Part shown: one piece after another, positions 17,264-27,114 of the stretch | How the letters are laid out: each line of letters starts with the position of its first letter | Numbering within the stretch: position 1 is the first letter of the stretch | Assembly (NCBI GenBank): GCA_964557535.1 | Contig: CAZLAD010000002.1 | Coordinates: 21,560-85,559 of the forward strand | DNA: 64,000 nucleotides | DNA from: an uncultured Candidatus Saccharibacteria bacterium | GTDB taxonomy: Bacteria > Patescibacteriota > Minisyncoccia > Phycocordibacterales > CSBR16-119 | Reading direction: 5' to 3' | Program-made: the position numbers and the translations under genes | Notes under the pieces: generated by a model | What the model was told of the DNA's origin: nothing | Databases searched by the model: none | Seen by the model: the letters and a program-made list of their open reading frames with translations, nothing else

Positions 17264-20200
17264 ATGTCCGCAAAATTCGTCCATCTTCATACACACTCGC
17301 ATTACTCCCTACTAGACGGAATGTCAAAAATCGGCGATTTGGTGGCCAAAGCCAAAGAATTCGGCATGACGGCCATGGCCCTAACCGATCACGGCGCCAT
17401 GTACGGCGCGATTGAGTTCTACAAAGAATGCAAAAAGGCTGGTATCAAACCAATCCTCGGCGTCGAAGCCTACATTGCCGAACGCACGCGTTTCGACAAA
17501 GAAGCCAACGTCGATTCGAAACGTTATCACCTGACGCTTCTCGCTAAAAACGCCGCCGGTTACAAAAATCTGATGAAGCTCGTCTCAGCATCTTTTATCG
17601 ATGGCTACTATTACAAGCCACGCATGGACGAGGAACTCTTGCGACAATATTCTGAGGGCGTCATCTGTCTATCGGGTTGCCCGGCTGGCGAACTCGCTCA
17701 CGCCATCCGTGCCAAAGACGACGAAAAAGCTCGCGCCATAATTAACAAATACCAAAGTATTTTCGGTAAAGAAAATTTCTTCTTGGAACTCATGAGTCAT
17801 CCAGAAGTTGAAAATTACGAAATCGTCCGTGACGGCATTAAAAAATATTCCAAGGAACTAAGTATTCCAATTGTCGGAACCTGGGACTCACATTATCTCC
17901 ACGAAGATGACTCGGCCGCACACAATACCCTTCTCGCTATCAACACGCACGGCGGCGAAATGAAAATGAGTGGCGACTATTCTTTCATTGATCCAGAAAA
18001 GGCATCAAAGTTTTTCGCTGAAATTCCTGAGGCTTTGGAAAACACCGTTAAGGTTGCCGACCTGATAAATATTGAACTCGAACTTGATACGTGGGTCTTT
18101 CCCAAATTCGAGCTCGACCCTGGTCTCGATGCCGATGCCCAAGTGCGAAGAAATGTTTACGCGGGGATTCCGACGCGTTATGGTGAGACGTCGAAGAAAA
18201 TCGAAGATCGTATCGAATACGAGCTCGCCATCATCAAGCAAAAAGGCTTCTCAATCTACTTCCTCATCGTCGCCGACCTTATCCGCTTTGCTCGTGAGAA
18301 TAAAATTTTGACAAACATCCGAGGTTCGGTGGCCGGCTCCATCTGCTCATACCTTCTCGGCATCACCACCGTCGATCCATTTCGCTTCCAACTTCCTTTC
18401 GAGCGATTTCTAAACCCTGAGCGTCCATCCGCGCCCGATATCGATATGGACTTTGCCGATAACCGCCGTGACGAGGTCATTGATTATGCGCGTCAAAAAT
18501 ACGGAGAAGCTGCCGTGGCACAGATTGGAACATTTGGTACCATGCTCGCTCGCGGATCTGTACGAGACGTCGCTCGTGCGCTTGGTTATGCTTATGGAGT
18601 CGGAGACAAAATTTCGAAATTGATTCCTTTAGGTAAACAAGGCTTCCCGATGACGATTGATCTCGCCCTAAGTATGGTTGAAGAATTGAAAAAAGCGTAC
18701 GACACCGACGCCGTCACCAAAGAAATCATCGACATGGCCAAGAAAATCGAAGGCTGCGCAAGACACATCAGCGTGCACGCGGCGGGTGTCGTTATCTCGC
18801 CAACTCGCGTCGACGACTATGCGCCAATCCAACTCGACCCTAAAGGTGGAAAGATCATCACTCAATACGACATGCACTCCGTCGAAGCCGCCGGACTTAT
18901 CAAATTCGACTTTTTGGGAATTAGAAATCTCGCCATTCTCGGAGGCGCCGTGGAGTTGGTCAAAAAAATCGAAGGTGTAGAAGTCGATATCGAAAATATC
19001 CCGATGGACGACAAGAAAACTTTCGAAATGCTCGCACGTGGCGAAACTATCGGACTTTTCCAACTAAACGGCTCCGGCATGACACGATATTTGAAAGAAC
19101 TTCGTCCAACGGTTATCGACGACATCAACGCCATGGTGGCGCTTTATCGTCCGGGACCGATGGAAATGATTCCCGAATATATCCGCCGCAAACAAAATCA
19201 TCACCTCATCAGATTTCTAGATCCTCGCATGTCGGACATTCTCGATTTGTCGTACGGAGTTATCACCTACCAAGACGACGTCATGATGATTGCCATCAAG
19301 CTCGCCGGATATTCTTGGCTCGAGGCCGACAAATTGCGCAAAGCCATGGGTAAAAAAATTCCCGAAGTTATGGCCGCTGAGAAAGACAAGCTGATGGCGG
19401 GACTTTTGAAAAATGGTATGACCAAACAAAAAGCCGACGAGCTTTGGGCGCTTATCGAGCCATTCGCCGCGTATGGATTTAACAAGGCTCACGCTGCTTC
19501 GTACGGTCGTGTGGCCTATCAGACGGCTTATATGAAAGCCCACTTCCCGGTTCCTTATATGACGGCTATTCTCACGGCCGAGTCGGGCGACATCGAAAAA
19601 GTCTCCGAAATCATTCACGAATGCGCTCGTATGGGTATCGACGTCTTGCCACCAGACGTGAACGAATGCTTCGGCGGATTCACCGTTATCAAAGACGATA
19701 CTGGTTCTGGTAAAGACAAGATTCGTTTTGGCTTCTACACGATCAAGAACTTAGGAACAGATATCGCCGACGCCATCATCGAAGAACGCAAAGTCCGCGG
19801 AAGATTTACAAGTCTCGAAAATTTTCTCGAACGTGTCACACATAAAAATGTAAACAAGAAATCTCTCGAAGCCCTCATCAAGTCCGGCGCCATGGATTCG
19901 TTCGGCGATCGCGGAGTCTTGGCTGGTAACATTGAAAATCTAACAGAATTCAACAAATCATTTTCAAAAGTCGACAAAGACCAAGTTAGTCTCTTTGGCG
20001 GATCTTTGGCTCCTAAATCAATCCTCCGGTTGGGCGATGTGCCTCCCGTCGACATGAAAACCAAACTCGCCTGGGAGAAAGAACTTCTGGGGCTTTATGT
20101 TTCCGGTCACCCACTCGATGGTATTCGCGAGAAAATTGAAAAAGTTGGTATCAACATAAACAAGATTAAACTAACTGGTCGGGAAGACCAACCAGTGACT

Positions 20201-20431
20201 CTGGCTTGTGTAGTTCAGTCAGTTCGAATAATCATCACCAAGAAAAATCAACAAATGGCTTTCGTCCAGCTCGAAGATCTAACCGGCACGATCGAAGCCG
20301 TGGCATTCCCAACAATTTACAAAAACTTCATGAACATGCTCATGGAAGACAAAATCCTGGCAATCAAAGGTAAAGTTTCAATCCGCGAAGGCGAAAAGAC
20401 GCTCGTTATAGACGAGGTCAAAGAAATTTGA
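17264..20431 (+). CDS. dnaE: DNA polymerase III alpha subunit
   Basis: PHP domain VHLHTHSHYSLLDG, a polymerase core and an OB fold. 1055 aa. Confidence 0.9.
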   Translation: MSAKFVHLHTHSHYSLLDGMSKIGDLVAKAKEFGMTAMALTDHGAMYGAIEFYKECKKAGIKPILGVEAYIAERTRFDKEANVDSKRYHLTLLAKNAAGYKNLMKLVSASFIDGYYYKPRMDEELLRQYSEGVICLSGCPAGELAHAIRAKDDEKARAIINKYQSIFGKENFFLELMSHPEVENYEIVRDGIKKYSKELSIPIVGTWDSHYLHEDDSAAHNTLLAINTHGGEMKMSGDYSFIDPEKASKFFAEIPEALENTVKVADLINIELELDTWVFPKFELDPGLDADAQVRRNVYAGIPTRYGETSKKIEDRIEYELAIIKQKGFSIYFLIVADLIRFARENKILTNIRGSVAGSICSYLLGITTVDPFRFQLPFERFLNPERPSAPDIDMDFADNRRDEVIDYARQKYGEAAVAQIGTFGTMLARGSVRDVARALGYAYGVGDKISKLIPLGKQGFPMTIDLALSMVEELKKAYDTDAVTKEIIDMAKKIEGCARHISVHAAGVVISPTRVDDYAPIQLDPKGGKIITQYDMHSVEAAGLIKFDFLGIRNLAILGGAVELVKKIEGVEVDIENIPMDDKKTFEMLARGETIGLFQLNGSGMTRYLKELRPTVIDDINAMVALYRPGPMEMIPEYIRRKQNHHLIRFLDPRMSDILDLSYGVITYQDDVMMIAIKLAGYSWLEADKLRKAMGKKIPEVMAAEKDKLMAGLLKNGMTKQKADELWALIEPFAAYGFNKAHAASYGRVAYQTAYMKAHFPVPYMTAILTAESGDIEKVSEIIHECARMGIDVLPPDVNECFGGFTVIKDDTGSGKDKIRFGFYTIKNLGTDIADAIIEERKVRGRFTSLENFLERVTHKNVNKKSLEALIKSGAMDSFGDRGVLAGNIENLTEFNKSFSKVDKDQVSLFGGSLAPKSILRLGDVPPVDMKTKLAWEKELLGLYVSGHPLDGIREKIEKVGININKIKLTGREDQPVTLACVVQSVRIIITKKNQQMAFVQLEDLTGTIEAVAFPTIYKNFMNMLMEDKILAIKGKVSIREGEKTLVIDEVKEI

Positions 20432-20473
20432 CATTGGTCATATTGGTGATAGATTGAAGCAAAACCCGACGCC

Positions 20474-20845
20474 ATGCCCTTCCCACAGAACGAAGATGCT
20501 TTCTGGAACGATTACAGAAGCCCCTGGACCCAGGGCCAACACATGAGATCCACTGGATCAGGACAACCTTTGGACGAGCAGCAGGTGGATATCAACGCTT
20601 TACCTGTCCCGACACCAAATCCGGTCGCGTGGACGAATGTGCCCAATCTCCCTGATCGATTCATGAAAGTTCATTGCAAGGCCCGTCGCAGTGGACGAAG
20701 AACTTATCCTGGCAGACAACCTGTCGAGATGAAGATGACAAATGGTTCAATGGTCGTATATTTTTACGACCCGTGCGACAAGACTTTTCGAACCAAGAAA
20801 GGTCGAAACCGTACCAAGTTCATCACCAGTTGGAAACCAGCCTAG
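20474..20845 (+). CDS. GC-rich hypothetical protein
   Basis: ORF in a ~55% GC patch, followed by hairpin terminators at 20860-20955. Confidence 0.35.
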   Translation: MPFPQNEDAFWNDYRSPWTQGQHMRSTGSGQPLDEQQVDINALPVPTPNPVAWTNVPNLPDRFMKVHCKARRSGRRTYPGRQPVEMKMTNGSMVVYFYDPCDKTFRTKKGRNRTKFITSWKPA

Positions 20846-20963
20846 CACGCCACTCTTCACAAGCTCTACCCGCTCCGGCGGGGTTTGTCTTTTTAATTGA
20901 AAAATTTTGCAAACAAAAAGTCCCGGTGATTGCTCACACGGGACTTTTTGATTTACTTTTGAT

Positions 20964-21644
20964 TTAGGCTTGGGCAAGGACACGAGTGTCGACTTGCATG
21001 TTTCCAATATCGTTCATAACCTTTACAGCCTTACCATGATAATTTTTCGTAATACCAGGTGTCGCTGGGGGGTTATAGACTTCTAGGACCTCATCGAGAG
21101 ACTTACCTTTGTAAAGGTGAGAAGTTTTCTCGCCATTCCCAGACAAAGTCTTGGCAACAGCGTCGAAGGCTTCCTCGAAAGTGTTGAAGTGAATCTGGCA
21201 TGATCCGAAACCGAATGGGTTGTGGTTAACAATTCCGTTCTTGGTCTTGTCACACAAGTTCTTACCACCAGTAGTTTCAAGCATAGCCAAAGCCGGGAGC
21301 AATCTCCAATCGATACCGTACTTATCAGCAGCTTCGATCATACCTTTACCGTGTCCGGCAAGCGGGAGATCCCACTGAGCAAAGTAAGCATCGATCTTTT
21401 CGGCACGAGAGTCAACAATGACTTCCGGAGCCTTGAGGTCTTTGAAAATTTGAAGGTTCAAGCTGATTCCTTCTTTCGGGGCCTCCTCGATCTTGTTGTT
21501 AATAGCAAGACCTGGAGTAGCAATGTTCGAAAGAAGAAGCGGGAGAAGAATAAACGAGTTAAGTCTATTCTTGAAGTAATTGTTGATTTTGGTCATATTT
21601 GACGGTTTCGCTCCGACAACACCATGAAGGTAAATCTCCGGCAA
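20964..21644 (-). CDS. Secreted peptidoglycan hydrolase, glucosaminidase (FlgJ-C/PF01832-like) domain
   Basis: N-terminal TM/signal. LAMLETTGGKN...NPFGFGS resembles the glucosaminidase motif. Confidence 0.5.
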   Translation of the reverse strand: MPEIYLHGVVGAKPSNMTKINNYFKNRLNSFILLPLLLSNIATPGLAINNKIEEAPKEGISLNLQIFKDLKAPEVIVDSRAEKIDAYFAQWDLPLAGHGKGMIEAADKYGIDWRLLPALAMLETTGGKNLCDKTKNGIVNHNPFGFGSCQIHFNTFEEAFDAVAKTLSGNGEKTSHLYKGKSLDEVLEVYNPPATPGITKNYHGKAVKVMNDIGNMQVDTRVLAQA

Positions 21645-21718
21645 CTGAACATTTGCGTTCTTCCCTTGGGAAATGGTTGCGGGAAATTAAAAAACCCCTT
21701 TCGGGATTTACGAAGTAA

Positions 21719-21741
21719 TACTAGCATGCCACCCCAAACTT
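21719..21741 (-). promoter_or_regulatory. Predicted promoter of the glucosaminidase gene: duplicated gcTTGACAag -35 boxes, a 17-nt spacer, then TGcTAGTAT (minus strand)
   Basis: The minus strand reads gcTTGACAagtttggggtggcatgcTAGTAT. Confidence 0.35.
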
Positions 21742-21891
21742 GTCAAGCAATAAAAAGTTGACCTTGTCAAGCTCCAAAAAGCCTTATTTTATAACGCTTT
21801 TTGGCCTTTTTTAAGAATTGTCAGTCCGAGAATTTTGGATTCTAAAAATCGACTCCACCGCCAAAACTCGGCAAAAAGAGGGATCTAAAAG

Positions 21892-21920
21892 TTGACAAAT
21901 AAGATAAAAGATGCTATTGT
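21892..21920 (+). promoter_or_regulatory. Cassette promoter 1: TTGACA, 17-nt spacer, TGcTATTGT (extended -10)
   Basis: Consensus -35, a 17-nt spacer and an extended -10. Two near-identical copies sit at 22688 and 23181. Confidence 0.6.
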
Positions 21921-21979
21921 CTAGTGGTAGTTTGAACCTTGTAACCACCCGTCCAAGCGAGAGCTCGGACACAAAACCA

Positions 21980-22567
21980 ATGGACATGCACACACCTATG
22001 CAACTTCGGAAGAATTCCGAGATCATCAACCAGCAAGCAAAACGGCTGGTGAAGTTCGTACTCGCCAACCCTGGTAACAGGAAAAAGGGGGGTAACAACT
22101 ACCTGGGTCAAGATGAATTGGAAGCAGTAGGCTTCAGTGGTATCAAATACCTGACAGCTGAAGAGAGGGTTGTGCTCGATCATGGATGGGTTTTCTACCC
22201 AAACCTACTGAAAGGCCATGGCTATGATAGGTATGGAAAAACCCTGGAAGGACTCTTCCGTAGTCGATCCAACAGCCAGAACTGGAACAGGAGTATTAAC
22301 ATCAAGTCGAAGGCTACAAAAGGCCAACGACTGCTTGAGATCTCCATACGCCTGATCGATCCCCATTACGAGAGAAACTACGTCCTCGTAAACGAGGCCG
22401 GCAAGATCGTTCCTTGCCAATTCGCCGCCATGCAATCCCACAACTGGGATGAAGATTCTGATGAAACCTTGGCCTTGATCAAGGAACCCGAACCAGCGGA
22501 TGTCTACGACTGGGATCAGGACGATGACCCAGATCGTGGCATGGAAGTCCGTGCTGATGAGTACTAG
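21980..22567 (+). CDS. Cassette gene 1: hypothetical protein (start MDMHTPMQ after the conserved leader)
   Basis: ORF following the conserved promoter and leader. GC-rich terminator at 22590-22625. Confidence 0.5.
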   Translation: MDMHTPMQLRKNSEIINQQAKRLVKFVLANPGNRKKGGNNYLGQDELEAVGFSGIKYLTAEERVVLDHGWVFYPNLLKGHGYDRYGKTLEGLFRSRSNSQNWNRSINIKSKATKGQRLLEISIRLIDPHYERNYVLVNEAGKIVPCQFAAMQSHNWDEDSDETLALIKEPEPADVYDWDQDDDPDRGMEVRADEY

Positions 22568-22687
22568 CAAGGACAGTCCCTGCCAAAAGAAGCGCCCCGA
22601 GCAATCGGGGCGTTCTTGTTTCTATTTCTTCACTTCCTTTATCGTCCAGCCTTCCACCAAAACTCGGCAAAAAGAGGGATCTAAAAG

Positions 22688-22716
22688 TTGACAAATAGAC
22701 TAAACTATGCTAGTTT
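22688..22716 (+). promoter_or_regulatory. Cassette promoter 2: TTGACA, 17-nt spacer, TGcTAGTTT
   Basis: Shares a 32-nt upstream block (aaaactcggcaaaaagagggatctaaaag) with copy 1. Confidence 0.55.
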
Positions 22717-22785
22717 TTAGTCAGTAACTTTGAACCTTTACACTCACCTGCTCAGGAAAAAGCCTGGGACAAAACAACTGCACTC

Positions 22786-23112
22786 ATGCGCTACAAAATT
22801 CTCCTTGCCACGATTCGAAAAGCCGGCGAAAAATCGAGGGTAATAGCCTTCGTCACGGAACGCCACAAGACCGAAGAAGTCATCAAGCAAAAACTTTGGA
22901 AGAAGGGATTCAACGTCCTGAAACTCCAACAATTAGTAGTCGACCCGAACGATGATCTCATGATCAAGGCTCTGGACTATCTGGAAACGCAGTTGCTGCC
23001 CAGTCGAGGATTGGAGGCCGAAAGACACTTCAATCTGATCATCAGTGCGATTGCAGGACAAAGCGCCAAGATTGGCGCGCAATACGTCCAGGAGTCCCTG
23101 GAACAGTCCTGA
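22786..23112 (+). CDS. Cassette gene 2: small hypothetical protein
   Basis: ORF following the conserved promoter and leader. Terminator at 23133-23168. Confidence 0.5.
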   Translation: MRYKILLATIRKAGEKSRVIAFVTERHKTEEVIKQKLWKKGFNVLKLQQLVVDPNDDLMIKALDYLETQLLPSRGLEAERHFNLIISAIAGQSAKIGAQYVQESLEQS

Positions 23113-23132
23113 TAAAGAACAGGACAAAGTCT

Positions 23133-23168
23133 GAAGCCCCGGCGCACGCCGGGGCTTCTCCATTTTTA
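23133..23168 (+). terminator. GC-rich hairpin terminator gaagccccggcgcacgccggggcttc; an identical copy at 23734-23759
   Basis: Perfect 10-bp stem plus a T-run. Two 26-nt identical copies. Confidence 0.6.
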
Positions 23169-23180
23169 TATTTTAAAAAT

Positions 23181-23209
23181 TTGACAAATAGACTAAATTA
23201 TGCTAGTTT
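23181..23209 (+). promoter_or_regulatory. Cassette promoter 3: TTGACA, 17-nt spacer, TGcTAGTTT
   Basis: Same spacing and sequence as copy 2. Confidence 0.55.
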
Positions 23210-23277
23210 TTAGTGGTAACTCTGAACCTTTACACTCACCCGTTCTGGCAAAAGCCAGAACACAACAATCCAAACCC

Positions 23278-23712
23278 ATGGCAAGCATCGCTTTCGGTAA
23301 TGTAACGGTCTACCTGACCAAAGAAGAATTGCTGGAGCGCCTGTTCCCCAACCTCCCCGCAGAACTCAAGCGGACAGCAGAGGTCGTTCAGAATCAGGGG
23401 AAAGACGCCGCCCTCGAGTTCGAATTCCAGATCTACGGTGAGACGGAAAAAGGCGAACTGGAAGAGCTCAAGAAAGAGGTCGAAAGACTTCGCCTTGGTA
23501 CAACAAAGACCCAAGGCCCGGCCCAGCAAAAGATCGTCGATCAGGACATCACGGTACGAGCACTGAACGCCGCCAAACGTCACAATTTGGAAACGTTGGC
23601 GGACATTGCCTCCTTCACCAGCGACAAGTTCCTCGGCCTGGTTGGCAGGAAAAACTGGACCGAATTGGGAGACTTACTGGAAGCGAAAGGTCTCAAGTTC
23701 AAGGAGGAGTAG
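23278..23712 (+). CDS. Cassette gene 3: hypothetical protein with a C-terminal RNA-polymerase-alpha-CTD-like helix-hairpin-helix domain
   Basis: ITVRALNAAKRHNLETLADIASFTSDKFLGLVGRKNWTELGDLLEAKGL resembles alphaCTD (LSVRSANCLK...GELV...LLKxxNxGxKSLxEIxxxLxxxGL). Confidence 0.45.
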   Translation: MASIAFGNVTVYLTKEELLERLFPNLPAELKRTAEVVQNQGKDAALEFEFQIYGETEKGELEELKKEVERLRLGTTKTQGPAQQKIVDQDITVRALNAAKRHNLETLADIASFTSDKFLGLVGRKNWTELGDLLEAKGLKFKEE

Positions 23713-23733
23713 TCCGCAAGCACGACAAAGTTT

Positions 23734-23766
23734 GAAGCCCCGGCGCACGCCGGGGCTTCTTTCATT
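23734..23766. terminator. Bidirectional terminator between cassette gene 3 and secA (identical hairpin to 23133-23158)
   Basis: Sits between convergent genes. Confidence 0.55.
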
Positions 23767-23774
23767 CTTGGTTG

Positions 23775-26312
23775 TTATTTTTTGACTTCCCTTATCGTCC
23801 AGCCTTCGGCGAGCAATTGCTCGGCTTTTTTGTATTTTAATTCTTGAGTTTCGCTTCCCTTTTGGATGATGACGATGTCGTTTCGACCGATTTTATCTTC
23901 TTCTGATTTCTTGACCGTGCCTCCGACATCTCCTTTGTTGTCGCTTCCTCCACCCGACGTAATGTATTCTTTTTTCTTTTCTACAACTTCAGCTTGTGGT
24001 GGGGCTTGTTTGATCGTTTCGATGAGCGACAAGACTTGTTCGCGGAACATTGCTTCCATCTGAGTAAATCTCGTGAGGCCCTCCTTTTTATACTCGACAA
24101 GCGGTTCACGCTGACCATATGCGCGCAAGTTTACCGATGAACGCACATAATCCATCGTTTCGAGGTGTTCCACCCAGAGCAAGTCAGTCACATGGAGAAT
24201 TATTCGACGAACCGTATCCCAAAATGGCGCCTCGCCGACTTCTTTTATCCTATCGGCAATGATTTGCTCAAGCTTCGTCTTGTCATCGGTCAAAGACATG
24301 GTGAATTCTTGGACCTCCGGAGTTTCGGCAAAAAGCATCTTTCTTCGTCGTTCATAAATAGCGAATCTTTGAGTATTGAGAACGTTGTCGTATTCGAGCG
24401 TGTGTTTACGCGAGTCGAAATGGAAGCCTTCGATTTTCTTCTGAGCGGTTTCAATAGCATTTGAGACAAATTTGTTCTGTATCGGCTCGTCTTCGGGAAT
24501 GCCGAATCGACCCATCATGTTTTTGAGTCTGTCACCACCGAAAATACGCATAAGATCGTCCTCGAGTGAGACATAAAACTGAGTTTCGCCCGGATCACCC
24601 TGACGGCCCGATCGTCCTCGAAGCTGATTGTCGATACGACGAGACTCGTGCCGTTCGGTTCCAAGGACAAAAAGTCCGCCAAGATTTTTGATCTCTTCGG
24701 AAAGTTCTTTGGTCGAAGGATCACCGCCGAGCTTGATGTCGATTCCACGACCGGCCATGTTGGTCGCAATAGTAACTGAACCTTTTCGTCCCGCCTGAGC
24801 AACTATCTCACCCTCTGATTCGTGTCGTTTAGCATTTAGAATCGTGTGAGACACGCCCTCTTTCTGGAGATACTCGGAAAGCATTTCACTTCGCTCAACT
24901 GAAATAGTACCGACGAGGATCGGCTGACCCGAAGCATTTACTTCTTTGATTTTCTTGGCAATGGCTTTGAACTTACCAGCTTCTGTCTGAAAAATTAAAT
25001 CAGATTCGTCACGACGCACTACGGGCTGGTTCGTTGGGATAGTCATAACGTCGAGTCCATAGACAGTATAGAATTCTTCGGACGAAGTTTTGGCCGTACC
25101 GGTCATACCCGAAAGCTTCTTGTAGAACTTGAAGTAGTTTTGGAAAGTAATCGAAGCGACTGTCTTCGTCTCTTGTTTGATTTCGACGGCTTCTTTGGCT
25201 TCAATCGCCTGATGAAGACCCTGATTGAAACGTCGGCCTGGCATCATGCGTCCAGTTGACTGATCAATGATTATAATTTCTCCGTTGTGAACAACATATT
25301 CTTTGTCTTTTCTAAACAACGCATCTGCACGAATAGCGGTTTCTAAATGGTGGACATATTTGATGCCCTGTTCGGTATAGATATTTTCAATTCCCAGTAA
25401 CTTCTCGGCCAAAGTAATTCCTTCGTCGTTCAATGTAATGGCGCGAAGCTTTTCATCCACACCATAATGCTCAATAGGTTTTAATTGTTTGGCAATGCCA
25501 GCAAATTTAACATACAGTTCGCCTGAATCTTCGGCTGGAGCGGAGATGATGAGCGGTGTTCGAGCTTCGTCGATGAGAATCGAGTCAATTTCGTCAACGA
25601 CAGCATAAAAGTGTCCGCGCTGAACGATACCGTATTTGGATTGGGTCAGGTTGTCACGCAAATAATCAAAACCAAATTCATTGTTCGTACCATAAGTAAT
25701 GTCCGCATCGTAGGCTTCTTTCCTGCTACAAGGCTTTAGAAAATCATAGACGACCTTGAAAGACCCGACTTCGTCACGAAGCTTGTCTTTGTCTGGTCCT
25801 GCGGTTCTATCATATAGATAAGAAACGTTCTGAGAATTTACGACACCAACACTAAGTCCAAGCGCGTCGTAGATTTCCCCCATCCAAGTAGCGTCACGAC
25901 GAGCCAAGAAATCGTTCACCGTAACCAAGTGTGCGCCCTTGCCAGCCAGGGCGTTTAGATACATAGCAAGTGTTGCGACGAGAGTTTTACCCTCGCCTGT
26001 TTTCATCTCGGCAATTCGGCCCTTGTGGAGAGCGTATCCTCCGATGATCTGAACATCGTAGTGTCTTTGTCCGCGGGTACGTTTCGAGGCCTCACGGACG
26101 AGAGCAAATGCTTCTGGCAGGACATCGTCCAGACTTTCGCCTTTTGTCAGGCGGTCTTTTAATTCGAGGGTATATTTGGGCAAGTCTTCTATAGGAACGT
26201 TCAAAAACTTCTCTTCTAGAGAATTGACCTTGGCGACGATGGCTTCGACCTCTTTCAAAAATGACGTATTTTCATCCCCGAAAAGACTTTTTAGACTATT
26301 TAAAATAGACAT
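23775..26312 (-). CDS. secA: Preprotein translocase ATPase SecA
   Basis: DEAD-like motor with Walker A GEGKT, the preprotein cross-linking domain and a helical scaffold. 845 aa. Confidence 0.9.
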   Translation of the reverse strand: MSILNSLKSLFGDENTSFLKEVEAIVAKVNSLEEKFLNVPIEDLPKYTLELKDRLTKGESLDDVLPEAFALVREASKRTRGQRHYDVQIIGGYALHKGRIAEMKTGEGKTLVATLAMYLNALAGKGAHLVTVNDFLARRDATWMGEIYDALGLSVGVVNSQNVSYLYDRTAGPDKDKLRDEVGSFKVVYDFLKPCSRKEAYDADITYGTNNEFGFDYLRDNLTQSKYGIVQRGHFYAVVDEIDSILIDEARTPLIISAPAEDSGELYVKFAGIAKQLKPIEHYGVDEKLRAITLNDEGITLAEKLLGIENIYTEQGIKYVHHLETAIRADALFRKDKEYVVHNGEIIIIDQSTGRMMPGRRFNQGLHQAIEAKEAVEIKQETKTVASITFQNYFKFYKKLSGMTGTAKTSSEEFYTVYGLDVMTIPTNQPVVRRDESDLIFQTEAGKFKAIAKKIKEVNASGQPILVGTISVERSEMLSEYLQKEGVSHTILNAKRHESEGEIVAQAGRKGSVTIATNMAGRGIDIKLGGDPSTKELSEEIKNLGGLFVLGTERHESRRIDNQLRGRSGRQGDPGETQFYVSLEDDLMRIFGGDRLKNMMGRFGIPEDEPIQNKFVSNAIETAQKKIEGFHFDSRKHTLEYDNVLNTQRFAIYERRRKMLFAETPEVQEFTMSLTDDKTKLEQIIADRIKEVGEAPFWDTVRRIILHVTDLLWVEHLETMDYVRSSVNLRAYGQREPLVEYKKEGLTRFTQMEAMFREQVLSLIETIKQAPPQAEVVEKKKEYITSGGGSDNKGDVGGTVKKSEEDKIGRNDIVIIQKGSETQELKYKKAEQLLAEGWTIREVKK

Positions 26313-26377
26313 GTCCTAAAGATTATCATAAAAACGAAAATCCCGCGAGGCGGGATTTTCGTTACAAGGCAAATGAA

Positions 26378-26470
26378 ATTATCGTCGTCGTTTTGCTGCT
26401 TTCTTCTTTGCGACTTTCTTCTTTGCTTTCTTTGCAGTCTTCTTTGCTGCTTTTCTTTTTTTAGCTGCCA
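26378..26470 (-). CDS. 30-aa Lys/Ala-rich basic peptide (MAAKKRKAAKKTAKKAKKKVAKKKAAKRRR), with a hairpin terminator at 26334-26360
   Basis: An ORF in a frame the track does not list. Composition resembles the K/A-rich protein at 35006-35275. Speculative. Confidence 0.3.
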
Positions 26471-26705
26471 TAGTATTTTCAATTAGTTTATAAATCATGC
26501 AACAACTTTCGACCAAAAATTTTTTTCAAAAAAATATCTTGAAAAAAGTTGTCGCTGCTGTAACTAAATTATCTTACAAACAAAGTTTACTTACAATAAT
26601 TTAAAAACAAATGTGTGGATAACTCCTGTCCGAACAAAAATATTTTTGGACGAATTTTTAAAATAAATTTTTCGCAAAAATTATTTTTGTAAAAATAATT
26701 CTATT

Positions 26706-26939
26706 TTAGAAAATTAAAATCAAATTGATTAACGCAATAACGGCCCAAATGATATTTAGAATTGCTGGTTGATAGTCACGACGATGAAATGCATGAAAGA
26801 CGATGAAAACTGAACCGACGATATTTAAAATCAGATAAACCAAACTCTTTGTTTGGATAATTTCAAAAATATTCAACGTGTAGGCCGTTAAAATCAGAAC
26901 GATCCCAAACCAACTTAATAAATTTGAAAAATTTTTCAT
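26706..26939 (-). CDS. Small 2-TM membrane protein
   Basis: Two hydrophobic helices. Confidence 0.4.
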   Translation of the reverse strand: MKNFSNLLSWFGIVLILTAYTLNIFEIIQTKSLVYLILNIVGSVFIVFHAFHRRDYQPAILNIIWAVIALINLILIF

Positions 26940-27114
26940 AAGATTATTTTAGCATTAGTTACTTTATTGGCTTCTATTCTTTGTTTTATAAGCGCAACCA
27001 CCACCCAAACAGTAAAAATAATCAGTGCCCACTTTAAACTTATTACATCGAACGCCCTCTCGCCAAGCAACGACACGAGGCAGAATGCTTAGAATTTTAG
27101 GAGATTATTTATTT

